From an uncultured delta proteobacterium (lineage in GTDB: Bacteria > Desulfobacterota > Desulfobacteria > Desulfobacterales > JAHEIW01): 64,000 nt of DNA. Below are positions 41,792-50,941 of the stretch, piece after piece (position 1 is the stretch's first letter; every line of letters starts with the position of its first letter). Location: contig CAVPNL010000001.1 of the NCBI GenBank assembly GCA_963706575.1, forward strand, positions 352,001-416,000, given 5' to 3'. The position numbers and the translations under genes were made by a program. The notes beneath the pieces were generated by a model. That model worked only from the letters and a program-made list of their open reading frames with translations, made no database searches and had not been told where the DNA came from.

Positions 41792-43129
41792 TCAGCGGGA
41801 TTGGATTACAATTTGTTTATCATCGACAGCTGATACGGTTCCATCGATACTGGCATGCACCCTGGCACCCAGGGCGCCTTCGGGAATTTCGCCGAGCAGG
41901 TCACCTTTTTGTACACGATCACCTTCGGCGACGACAGGAAGCGCGGGTTCTCCAAGATGCTGGTTTAAAAGAATTTTAACCTGTCTGATCTTGATTTCAT
42001 CTGGAAAAAACGCCGGATGGGTATCATATTTCATGACTTCCAGACGCTCCATCAGTCTTCGAAGAGGCACCTTACGGTTGTCGAAAAACGGCGACACCCG
42101 GTATGTTTCACGTTTGGCCTCGCGTTTAACGCCTTCTGCCAGGCATTTTTGCTTCAACACCGCGTTGATTTCCCGGGGCGAGAGCATCATGGGGCAGGCG
42201 AATTTTTCGCAAACGCCGCATTCCGAACAAATCAAAGCATCTTCCAGAATTTCTCCGTTCATTCCGGGCTTATACGCCAGGTGTCGCATGATCTTATGGG
42301 GCTCAAGCGAGTGCCCGATTAAATTGCGCGGGCAAAGATCCGTGCAGCGGGAGCACTGGGTACAGGCGGACTTGGCGATAAAGCGCATGCGTTCAATGTC
42401 TTTTTGTTTATCTCTGATGATATTGTGCTCCGGCGGCAATACAATAATGCCGCTCGTTGTTTTGGTTACCGGTTCCTGCTCACCAGTGAGCACCTTGCCC
42501 ATCATGGGGCCGCCCCTCACGATTCCATAATCGGGGATAAGGGAACCGCCGGCCAGCTGGATGACCTCGTCGACAGGTGTACCGATGGGCACCTTGCAGA
42601 CCATCGGGGTGCGAACCTCTCCGCAAACCGTTAGAAAGCGTTCGGTTACCGGCTGCTGCGTCATGGCGTGCGAGACATTTAACAGAGATTCAACATTGCA
42701 AACCACTGCCAGAACATTCAGCGGGATACCGCCCTCTGGGACAACGTGGCCGATGACTTCATTGACTAAAATAAACTCATCACCTGCCGGGTAATAGTCA
42801 TCCAGTTCATAAACATCGATATGAGGGGCGTAACCGTTGCCGGCAATTTTACTTTTAAGGATTTCAAGGGCCCGCTGGTGTTTTGACTTAACGCAAACCG
42901 TGCCTTTACCGGCATTGGTGCAATCCATTACGGTGCTCAGACCGTTTAAAATGAGATCGGTGTGATGTTCGAGCAGATGCGGATCACTTACGAGCAGCGG
43001 CTCACAGGAGGCTCCGTTTGCCAGTACCTGTTCGACTTCAAACTGCAGCTTCACGTGCGTCGGAAATCCGGCGCCCCCAGCACCAACAACACCGGCAGCC
43101 CGGATCTTATCGACAATATCTGCTCTCAT
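41792..43129 (-). CDS. PduS / RnfC-like Fe-S flavoprotein
   Basis: GVVGAGGAGFPTHVK, CEPLL, GGPMMG, CTQCSRCTDLCP, CSECGVCE..ACP. Confidence 0.92.
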   Translation of the reverse strand: MRADIVDKIRAAGVVGAGGAGFPTHVKLQFEVEQVLANGASCEPLLVSDPHLLEHHTDLILNGLSTVMDCTNAGKGTVCVKSKHQRALEILKSKIAGNGYAPHIDVYELDDYYPAGDEFILVNEVIGHVVPEGGIPLNVLAVVCNVESLLNVSHAMTQQPVTERFLTVCGEVRTPMVCKVPIGTPVDEVIQLAGGSLIPDYGIVRGGPMMGKVLTGEQEPVTKTTSGIIVLPPEHNIIRDKQKDIERMRFIAKSACTQCSRCTDLCPRNLIGHSLEPHKIMRHLAYKPGMNGEILEDALICSECGVCEKFACPMMLSPREINAVLKQKCLAEGVKREAKRETYRVSPFFDNRKVPLRRLMERLEVMKYDTHPAFFPDEIKIRQVKILLNQHLGEPALPVVAEGDRVQKGDLLGEIPEGALGARVHASIDGTVSAVDDKQIVIQSR

Positions 43130-43419
43130 TTTTTCTTCACAGGCGCGTCGTCGACCAGTTCTAGATTATCAGCAATACCGATAACGACTGCGTCTATCGG
43201 GATCGGTGTCCCCTTGTTTAGTGCTTGCATGGCCGGTGCACCCCGGGTGACAATTACCATTTCACCGAATCCGGCGCCGACTTCATCGGCAGCAACCAGG
43301 ACGTTGCCGGCCGGTTTGAGGTCCTTTCCCAGAGGCTGGATGAACAATAGCCGTAACGCGGATATCGTATCCAGCTTCTTGGTGGACCAAACGTTTCCGA
43401 TAACTTTAGCAAGTAACAT
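43126..43419 (-). CDS. BMC-P vertex protein (EutN/CcmL)
   Basis: MLLAKVIGNVWSTKK, VAADEVGAGFGE, IDAVVIGI. Confidence 0.95.
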   Translation of the reverse strand: MLLAKVIGNVWSTKKLDTISALRLLFIQPLGKDLKPAGNVLVAADEVGAGFGEMVIVTRGAPAMQALNKGTPIPIDAVVIGIADNLELVDDAPVKKK

Positions 43420-43469
43420 TCTGATGACCCTCCAGCCTCCGAGTAAACATTAACTTTCGATCGGGATTT

Positions 43470-43781
43470 CTATTTAAGATGTTCGGCTTCCTCGATGGCT
43501 TTAAGGCTGGCTTTGACATCAGCGATATCGCCAAAAATTCCGATCATGGTTACATGCTGCGGGCAAATCCCCTTCAGGTCGAAAACACGCACCGAAGCCG
43601 CTTTTTCGGCAACATCAGCGGCTGCGATCATGTCGACCACTTTTCCCTGAATGAGTCCAACAGCTGAATAAGGGACCTCAGCCTCGGATAAGATTTTTTT
43701 CCCGACGGCACCAACACGCTGTCTGAGAAATTCAAAGACTCCCGGGGAAGGATGGGAAATTAAATGGGTACTAAATGCCAT
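43470..43781 (-). CDS. GrpU-like BMC-H shell protein (GxCPQ Fe-S motif)
   Basis: AVGLIQG, AADVAEKAA, GICPQH, GDIADV; ATG at 43781 after GAGGT. Confidence 0.85.
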   Translation of the reverse strand: MAFSTHLISHPSPGVFEFLRQRVGAVGKKILSEAEVPYSAVGLIQGKVVDMIAAADVAEKAASVRVFDLKGICPQHVTMIGIFGDIADVKASLKAIEEAEHLK

Positions 43782-44024
43782 GATAGACCTCTCAGCATTC
43801 TGTTTTTTGCGAATCGTAAGCTGCGCTGCGGCGCTAAAATTATTGAATTCACCTTTTGATTCGGCATTTTCAGTGCTATTGATGACATGCGCTGATTTCA
43901 GCCGATTGCATGCAGACAAACTCCGGCCGATCTGGTCACTGGCCACGACACATTATTTTTCACGGCGTCACCGACCAAGCCGCACGCGCTTGCAGACCAA
44001 TCCGCTTCAGAACTTCCCGGAAAA

Positions 44025-44306
44025 TTATTCTTCGGCTTTCGGAATGGTATACTCGATGTCGCTGTGCGGTCTGGGGATAACGTGCACCGAAACCAGTTCG
44101 CCGACACGTTCGGCCGCTGCGCCACCGGCATCCGTGGCCGCCTTGACGGCACCGACGTCGCCGCGCACAAACACGGCAACCAGACCGCCGCCGACAAACT
44201 CTCTACCGACAAATCGTACTTTCGCTGCTTTTACCATTGCATCGGCGGCCTCAATCGCGCCGGCCAGACCTTTGGTTTCCACCATACCTAATGCTTGTTC
44301 AGCCAT
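44025..44306 (-). CDS. Major BMC-H shell protein (PduA/EutM-like)
   Basis: [34 protein letters not shown]. Confidence 0.97.
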   Translation of the reverse strand: MAEQALGMVETKGLAGAIEAADAMVKAAKVRFVGREFVGGGLVAVFVRGDVGAVKAATDAGGAAAERVGELVSVHVIPRPHSDIEYTIPKAEE

Positions 44307-44330
44307 TCTTGTTTACCTCCTGATTATAGA

Positions 44331-44834
44331 TTAGCGTTTCAATCGAATTGCGCGGGCCGTCATAGACCAGTCTCTGGGGATTTCTATGATAACCGTTGCG
44401 GTTTGATCCATTTTTTTCGTTTGTTTGACTGCGGTAACGACCGCTTCTCCTAATTCCTGCCCTGCTCTATCCAGGGCGATCACGGTTTCTCCTTTTTCCG
44501 GCAAGGGCCGATATTCATAAGGCATCTCGAGCGCCGCCATATTATCCGGCAGGCTTTCATCGACAATAAAGATGGCCTGGCCGGGGCAGATGGGCAAACA
44601 GCTGCGGCAGCCCACACAGTTATCTTCCGTTAGCACGGGAGGGGTGGTGATATCCTCACCGACGGTAATGGCATCATATTTACAGCTGGCTTCACAGGGA
44701 TTGCACGGAATGTCTTCCAGACATTCGAGCACGGCCACCGCACCCATGCGGCGCCGCGTCTCCGACGGTATGCCTTTGCCGTTTTTTAGTTCTTTTTGCG
44801 AAAGGAATCCGGTTTTGGTTGAATCAGCGGCCAT
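44331..44834 (-). CDS. 4Fe-4S ferredoxin subunit of the dehydrogenase complex
   Basis: ECLEDIPCNPCEASC, CVGCRSCLPICPGQAIF, PYEYRPLP. Confidence 0.88.
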   Translation of the reverse strand: MAADSTKTGFLSQKELKNGKGIPSETRRRMGAVAVLECLEDIPCNPCEASCKYDAITVGEDITTPPVLTEDNCVGCRSCLPICPGQAIFIVDESLPDNMAALEMPYEYRPLPEKGETVIALDRAGQELGEAVVTAVKQTKKMDQTATVIIEIPRDWSMTARAIRLKR

Positions 44835-45928
44835 TATGCTTGCGCTTTCATTGTGTCATTCAGGTATTGCTTGGCTTTGCCCCTGGCTTCTCCATGGCTG
44901 CCGCTGCGCAAACCGACCATGCTTTTAAGTTGCACTTCGCGCTGCTTTAAAAACTCAGGCTCATCCAGATAACCGAGTCTGCAGGCAATTGCCAGTCCGG
45001 CGATACGGCCTTCGATAATTGCCGTGCTGGCCTCTTCAATGCCGGATGCATCACCGGCCACGTAAACGCCATTAACAGATGTTTCCTGGTTCAGGTTATG
45101 TGACGGTACCTTGCCGCCTAGCACCGGAGAGTCGACGATCTGGCAGCCGGTCATTCTGAGCAACTGGTTCATGGGGTTGAGGCCGACGGCGATACATACC
45201 GTATCGACATCGAATTGTTTCTCCGTACCGTGTATCGGTTTCCAATTTTCATCCACTTCAATTATCGTGGCGCCCTCAACCCGTTCTGTGCCATGCGCTG
45301 CCTTAATCGTGTGTGACATAAAAAAAGGGACTCCGGTCCGGGCGATCTTGGCAGCGTGCACAGCGTAACCGCCGATTTCGGGTGCGGCATCGATAACGGC
45401 TGCAACCTGGCAGCCGGCTTGCAGCATCTGGTAGCTGACAATGACACCGACATTGCCCGATCCCACCATAAGAATGGCTTTGCCCGGTCGGATGCCATGG
45501 ATATTGGCCATGGTCTGAGCGGCGCCGGCGCCGATGACCCCCGGCAGGGTCCAGCCGGGGAAGGGGATCATGTTCTCTGATGCGCCGGTGGCCACCAGGG
45601 TACACTGGGCCTTTACGTGCTCAATGCGATCCCGGATCAGGACGTTGAGGGCGCCGTTTTCGTAGATACCTAAAACCACTGAATTCAAAGAAACTTCAAC
45701 GTTCAGTTCCCGGGCGTCGCTCAGGAAACTGTTGCCAATATCAAATCCGCGTTCCTTGGCGTGGTGCTCCTGGGAGCCGAAAAACTTGTGGATCTGTTTG
45801 AAAAGCTGACCGCCGGGGCGGTCGTTTTCATCATAGACGACAACCTCAACGCCGTATTTAGCAGCTTCGACGGCGGCTGCCAGTCCGGCGGGACCGGCGC
45901 CGACGCATACCATTTCACATCTTCTCAC
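44834..45928 (-). CDS. FAD/NAD(P)-dependent oxidoreductase (sarcosine oxidase alpha N-part / proline dehydrogenase alpha-like)
   Basis: GAGPAG, GGQLFKQIHKFFGS, ATGASE..PFPGWTLPGV, GSGNVG, AGD; no GcvT domain. Confidence 0.9.
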   Translation of the reverse strand: MRRCEMVCVGAGPAGLAAAVEAAKYGVEVVVYDENDRPGGQLFKQIHKFFGSQEHHAKERGFDIGNSFLSDARELNVEVSLNSVVLGIYENGALNVLIRDRIEHVKAQCTLVATGASENMIPFPGWTLPGVIGAGAAQTMANIHGIRPGKAILMVGSGNVGVIVSYQMLQAGCQVAAVIDAAPEIGGYAVHAAKIARTGVPFFMSHTIKAAHGTERVEGATIIEVDENWKPIHGTEKQFDVDTVCIAVGLNPMNQLLRMTGCQIVDSPVLGGKVPSHNLNQETSVNGVYVAGDASGIEEASTAIIEGRIAGLAIACRLGYLDEPEFLKQREVQLKSMVGLRSGSHGEARGKAKQYLNDTMKAQA

Positions 45929-46248
45929 GGCTTGCCTCGTGATAAATCCGGCCCGTTGCCATGTTGCGTTTCAACCACCATGCCTTCTCTTAGCGGTTCG
46001 ATACACGTTCGAATATTGGGTATGCCGTCCACCACCATGATACAATCGGTGCAACGGCCAATGGCACAAAACACGCCCCGGGGCTCATTTCGTTTGGTGG
46101 TGTAACGGTGGATCAGCACCCCGTTGCTTCGCAGCGCAATCGCAATCGGTTCGCCGGCAAAACCTTCCATGGTTTTGCCGTCAAAGGTGAAGCGGACCTT
46201 GGGACCTTTTTCGAACACTCCCAGAATCGGATGTTCTTCAATGCGCAT
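45925..46248 (-). CDS. (2Fe-2S)-binding subunit
   Basis: GEPIAIAL, PRGVFCAIGRCTDC, RTC. Confidence 0.9.
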   Translation of the reverse strand: MRIEEHPILGVFEKGPKVRFTFDGKTMEGFAGEPIAIALRSNGVLIHRYTTKRNEPRGVFCAIGRCTDCIMVVDGIPNIRTCIEPLREGMVVETQHGNGPDLSRGKP

Positions 46249-46283
46249 TATCAAGAATCCAATAAAAATTTATATTCATCCGA

Positions 46284-47594
46284 CTAACAGAAACCAAACA
46301 TTTCACCAAAAGTATAATTGCTGCCCACCAGAGGGATACCGGTCATGGCGCAGGCTTCAAGGGTCAAGGACCGCAGGTCTTCTCTTTCCATGCTGTGCAA
46401 TTTGGTTTTGCCGGCGGCTTTGGCAATAATGACGGCTTCATTCGTCAGGGCCTGAATATAGTTCGCAACTCGTTGGGCGGCTTTTTCGATATCGAGCCGT
46501 TGTCTTAATTGAGGATCCTGGGTTCCGATCCCGTAGGCGCAGCGGCCTTCGTGACACCGTAAACAAACCACACATCCCATGGCAACCATGGCGCCGGTGC
46601 CGATGGCAACCGCATCCGCCCCGATGGCAATGGCTTTGGCAACATCGGCGCCGTCTTTGATGCCGCCTGAGACAATCAGGCTGACTTCGTCCTTCACACC
46701 CATGTCTTCCAAGGCGCGCACGGCCTGGACCAGTGCCGGCAGGGTCGGTATTCCCAGGTTGTTCGAAGCCACCACCGGCGCAGCGCCCGTGCCGGCTTCG
46801 CCACCGTCGATGACAATACCGTCTATGCCCGCTTTGACGGCAATTTTTACGTCTTCCCAGACTCTACCCGCGGCTATTTTTAAAAATATGGGAATCTGAC
46901 TGTCGGTAATGTCCCGCAGTTCTTCCATTTTCAGGCATAGATCATCGGCTCCGAAAATATCGCCGTGGCGGGGGTGGCTGTGTAAATCAATGCCTTCCGG
47001 CAGCTGCCGGAAAGCGGCGATTTCCTTGGTGATTTTGCTGGCCATCAAATGGCCGGCCAGACCCGGTTTGGCGCCGATGCCCACAATGATTTCGAGTGCA
47101 TCGGCAGCCTCGATGTTGCGCAGGGTAAATGCCATACGACTGGGCAGAATTTGGACCACCTGCTTATAGGAATTGTCTCTTTCTTCAGGCAGCAAGCCGC
47201 CCTCACCGTTGTTGATGGATGTGCCGACGATATCGGTGGCTTTTGCCAGCGCCGTTTTGGCTTCTTTGCTCAGCGCGCCGTAAGACATTCCGGAAATCAA
47301 AATAGGCGTTTCAACGACCAGCGGTTTTTTGGCAAAACGGGCTCCCAAGACGGTCTGGGTTTTGCAATCCTCGCGATAGGTGTCGATGGACATTCGCGTC
47401 AGCTGGGAGGGCAGAACCAGTAAATCGTCAAAATTGGGGTATTTTCTGGGGGTGCCGCAGCCACGGATGCGGTGTTTGCCCATCTGGGCCTTATATTTGA
47501 CTTCTGAAATCGATTCCGGGTTCCAGACCCCTCTTTGAACATCTTTGACCCGAGGCGTTTTATCGGTTGCTTTTTTTTCGTCTTTTTTTGCCAT
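46284..47594 (-). CDS. FMN-binding glutamate-synthase-family protein, N-methylglutamate synthase C-like (MgsC/GlxD)
   Basis: FDDL, YREDC, LGARFAKKP, GMSYGALS, GAKPG, SGGIKDGADVAKA, CxxCxxC..C. Confidence 0.85.
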   Translation of the reverse strand: MAKKDEKKATDKTPRVKDVQRGVWNPESISEVKYKAQMGKHRIRGCGTPRKYPNFDDLLVLPSQLTRMSIDTYREDCKTQTVLGARFAKKPLVVETPILISGMSYGALSKEAKTALAKATDIVGTSINNGEGGLLPEERDNSYKQVVQILPSRMAFTLRNIEAADALEIIVGIGAKPGLAGHLMASKITKEIAAFRQLPEGIDLHSHPRHGDIFGADDLCLKMEELRDITDSQIPIFLKIAAGRVWEDVKIAVKAGIDGIVIDGGEAGTGAAPVVASNNLGIPTLPALVQAVRALEDMGVKDEVSLIVSGGIKDGADVAKAIAIGADAVAIGTGAMVAMGCVVCLRCHEGRCAYGIGTQDPQLRQRLDIEKAAQRVANYIQALTNEAVIIAKAAGKTKLHSMEREDLRSLTLEACAMTGIPLVGSNYTFGEMFGFC

Positions 47595-48295
47595 TATTCC
47601 TGAGCCCTTTGTTTATGGGTTGGTTTAAAAAGGACGTATTCGTGGCGGCCATAAATTTTTGGAACAATGCTTTGAAACTCGTTGACATCCTGATCGATCC
47701 CGTATTTTTGAAACAGGGGCTTTAGCACCTTTTTTTCTTTTGGATCGATGGGAACGATGCGGACGTTGCCGCCCAGCTTTTTTTCGACCGCAGGATCCAT
47801 CACATGAATAACGCCGTCATACATGGATTCCCCGATACCTTCGCCGACTTCTCCTAAAACAACGATTCGGCCGCCGAGCGTCATCTTTCCGGTCCAGCGT
47901 CCGACACTGCCGCAGACAATCAGGGTGCCGCCTTTCATGCCCCAGCCGGCTCGGCTGCCGCTGTTGCCCTTGATCACCACAGTGCCGCCGACCATCGAAG
48001 GCGCCGCATTGCTGCCGGTGTTCATTTCGACGATGATTTCGCCGGCCGTCATGTTGTCGCCCGTATACCAGCCGGTATTTCCCTCCACCACAATGGTCGG
48101 CCCTTCAAGAAATCCGCCCGTGTAAAATCCGGTGCTGCCGTGAACGGTAATCGTTCCCTTTCCGATCAAGGCCGTGGCGAAGTTGTGCATGGAATGGGGG
48201 TTGTCAATTTCAATTTGGTCTTCGGTTTTAATCAATTCCTTAAGCTTGCGATTGACTTCTCGGGAGCTCATTTTTTTTAAATCTAAACGGACCAT
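47594..48295 (-). CDS. GXGXG-domain protein, N-methylglutamate synthase B-like (MgsB/GlxC)
   Basis: Beta-helix repeats (VEGNTG, IKGNSG..GWGMKGG); start overlaps the end of the mgsA-like gene. Confidence 0.85.
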   Translation of the reverse strand: MVRLDLKKMSSREVNRKLKELIKTEDQIEIDNPHSMHNFATALIGKGTITVHGSTGFYTGGFLEGPTIVVEGNTGWYTGDNMTAGEIIVEMNTGSNAAPSMVGGTVVIKGNSGSRAGWGMKGGTLIVCGSVGRWTGKMTLGGRIVVLGEVGEGIGESMYDGVIHVMDPAVEKKLGGNVRIVPIDPKEKKVLKPLFQKYGIDQDVNEFQSIVPKIYGRHEYVLFKPTHKQRAQE

Positions 48296-49183
48296 ACCTG
48301 CACGCCTCCTGGATCCATCTCCGTTGCATAAACATCGGAGACAATTGGGGTTAAACAAATTTGCTCAGACCCAAAGAGCACGGTGGCATCACCTTTTTCA
48401 AAATACAACATCGGCTTTATGCCCAGCCGATCTCTCAAGGCACCCAGCTGATTCTCCGTGCTGACAAGCAAGGTGAAGACACCGTCGAATGTATCCAATC
48501 CCAGGTTAAGGGCCTGTTCCAGATCCAATCCTTTTTCCTTCATGTGATAGGCAATGAAATGGGCGGCCATTTCCGAGTCATTGTTGGTTTTGAAGCGGAT
48601 CCCCCAGTTTTGCATTTTGCGGCGCATGTTGAAGTAATTGGTGAATTGTCCGTTGTGCACAATTGCCAGCTCCGGATAAAGGTAGGACACAAAGGGATGG
48701 GCAAAATTGATGTTTTCCACGCTTTCGGTGGCCAGGCGTACATGGCCGATTCCGTGGCTGCCTTTGACTTCCGGAATTTTGTGGCATTGCCGCAATTCTT
48801 CAGCGGAGCCCTCATCCTTGTATATCTTGATGCGTTTACCGATGGAGTGGACACACAGATTTGGATGCGAATCAATTGCCCAATTCAAATCGCTGATTTT
48901 ATGCCGGATCCATATCGATGGACGCCTCGTAAAAGGTGAAAATGCCCTGTCCCTGATAGATCCGGTAATCAGACGGCGTGCCGAATTTTTGAATAATTTC
49001 TTCAAGCGCCTGCTGATAACTTGCCTCCGTCAGGGAAACGCGCAGGTCGATGGTGTCGCGGTTTTCGTAAATGGCCACGCCGGTGGCATCTTTGCCCCGG
49101 TGGATGAGCTCATTTAGCATGTTAATCAGATCATTGCCCAGGGTAGGGGAGTCTTTGGTAATAATGCCTGCAATTCCACACAC
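48283..49183 (-). CDS. Class II glutamine amidotransferase, N-methylglutamate synthase A-like (MgsA/GlxB); one frameshift (~48905)
   Basis: MCGIAG, HRGKDATG, GHVRLATES, AHPF, HNG, NDSE, RDRLGIKP. Confidence 0.85.
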
Positions 49184-49220
49184 AACACACCTCCCATTTT
49201 TGACGGCTTATCCGTGAATG

Positions 49221-50561
49221 TTACAAGTGATATGAATATTCATTAAATTCCCAATCGGTGACGTGAGTCCGGAAGCGTTCAAGTTCGTGTTCTTTAAGGG
49301 CCAGAAAGGCCTGAATCAATTCCGGCCCTAATGCTTCACAGAGGACGGTGTCTTCCTTCAGGTCCTGCAGCGCATCACGCAGGTGGAAGGTGACGGTTTC
49401 ATAAGTTCCGGGTTCAGATCCGTAAATATCGTCCGGTGCAGGTTCGCCGGGATCAATCTTATTTTGGATGCCATCCAGGCCAGCGGCCAATACGGCAGCC
49501 ATCGCCAGGTACGGGTTGGCCGATGCACAGGGCGCCCTGTTCTCCACGCGGGTGCCCGAACCTCTTTCAGCGGGTACGCGGCAATACACCGTGCGATTGT
49601 CCCAGCCCCAGGCCAGGTAAAATGGACAAAATGCACCCAGCACAAAACGGGCGTAAGAATTAATCGTAGGCGCCAAAATGGCCGACATCCCCCTGGCATG
49701 GACCATCTGGCCGCCCAGAAAGTGGCGCAACTGGTCGGATACGCCATCTTTTCCTTTGGGATCGTCAAATAGATTTTTCCTGGACTTCGGATCACTGACA
49801 GATACGTGAATGTGGTACCCGCTGCCGCCGCTTTCGGTCTTAGGACGTCCCATGAACGTCAGCAGAAGGTTATTCATGGCAGCGACTTCTTTGCATACAT
49901 ATTTGAAGGTGAAGGTCTGGTCGGCCATTTTGAGGGCTTCTTCGTACTTCCAGTTCACTTCATACTGGCCCGGGAAGAATTCATGGTTTAAGTAGATGAT
50001 TTCAAGGCCCAGTTCGATAAAGGTATTCTGAAGCAGTCGCAGCATACCTTGTGGGTCAACAAGCGGGTTTACCTGGTAGACGCAGGAAGGGCTGGTATTG
50101 TAAGACTGGCCGTCAGCATCGCCACCCTGGTTGAAAAGAAAAAATTCGAGCTCCGAGGCTGCTACGGGGTCCAGTTTCAGGTCCTGATATTGTTTTATAA
50201 TGCGCTGCAAAACATAACGCGGATCCATGGGCAGGGGTTCTCCGTCAGGCCCATAGGTGTTGCCGATGAAACGAGCAGTGCCCTCCAAATGCGGCAAGAC
50301 AGCAAAGGTATTCAGATCCGGTTTGACCGTCATGTCGCGCCATTGGATTTCATCTCCCACCCCGGAGCCCATGGCCACATCATTGGCAAAATCAATCGCA
50401 TAGGTGGCCTGAACGTGCTGCACACCTTCTTCGATCATTTCTTCCAGTCGACCGGCCGGAATGAGCTTGCTGCGACATATACCGTGAAGATCAGGAAAAT
50501 CAACGCGCAGGGAATCCACATTTGCCGCTATAATTCTCTCCTTAATCTGCTTAAGGTCCAT
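49221..50561 (-). CDS. Glutamine-synthetase-like gamma-glutamyl-amine ligase
   Basis: DLHGICRSK, ELEFFL, HEFFPGQYE, GSGYHIH, WGWDNRT, RVENR, NPYLA. Confidence 0.88.
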   Translation of the reverse strand: MDLKQIKERIIAANVDSLRVDFPDLHGICRSKLIPAGRLEEMIEEGVQHVQATYAIDFANDVAMGSGVGDEIQWRDMTVKPDLNTFAVLPHLEGTARFIGNTYGPDGEPLPMDPRYVLQRIIKQYQDLKLDPVAASELEFFLFNQGGDADGQSYNTSPSCVYQVNPLVDPQGMLRLLQNTFIELGLEIIYLNHEFFPGQYEVNWKYEEALKMADQTFTFKYVCKEVAAMNNLLLTFMGRPKTESGGSGYHIHVSVSDPKSRKNLFDDPKGKDGVSDQLRHFLGGQMVHARGMSAILAPTINSYARFVLGAFCPFYLAWGWDNRTVYCRVPAERGSGTRVENRAPCASANPYLAMAAVLAAGLDGIQNKIDPGEPAPDDIYGSEPGTYETVTFHLRDALQDLKEDTVLCEALGPELIQAFLALKEHELERFRTHVTDWEFNEYSYHL

Positions 50562-50632
50562 ATTCCCCCCTTTCTGAGGAAGCATGAATGATGTTCATAT
50601 AATAAATATTTCTAATCAATTGGGACGAACTG

Positions 50633-50694
50633 ATGTAATTGATCATTCATAATGGGGCTTGATATGTAATATCTCATTCATTTTCTTGAGTCAA
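50633..50694 (-). promoter_or_regulatory. Promoter of the BMC cluster with two repeated operator boxes
   Basis: Minus strand TTGACT-N17-TATTAC; ATGTAAT-N4-CATTCAT at 50633-50650 and 50664-50681. Confidence 0.55.
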
Positions 50695-50941
50695 GTAAAA
50701 TTTGAGGTTCCATGTTCAATTGACAATACTTAAATTAAAAGTTTTGAATAATTATATATTATACTGTAATAATTAATAAAATATTTTATAGGCCTAAAGA
50801 TAGAACATGCAGAATTGAGAAAAGTATTGACTATTTTTCCTGGGAATTATTACTAGAACCGGGTAGAATCCAGATAGGAACGAAAACGACTTGAGCAAAA
50901 CCAAGGCAAAAAGTGGAAAAGTTTCACATTGGAGGTAAGTC

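Noticed and set aside
41199..42530. 443-aa plus-strand ORF
   Set aside because: Antisense shadow of the PduT-like and PduS genes; Ser/Thr-rich with no motifs
43782..43946. N-terminal extension of the GrpU-like gene in the ORF track
   Set aside because: Better start with an RBS at 43781; the extension has no recognisable features
36712..46248. HCN synthase (hcnABC) call
   Set aside because: Same domain families, but the extra 4Fe-4S subunit, mgs-like genes and aldehyde dehydrogenase context argue against it
46284..49183. Ordinary split (archaeal-type) glutamate synthase
   Set aside because: Not excluded, but RLATES, LGARFAKKP, the A-B-C order and the flanking GS-like and sarcosine-oxidase-like genes favour the mgsABC-like reading
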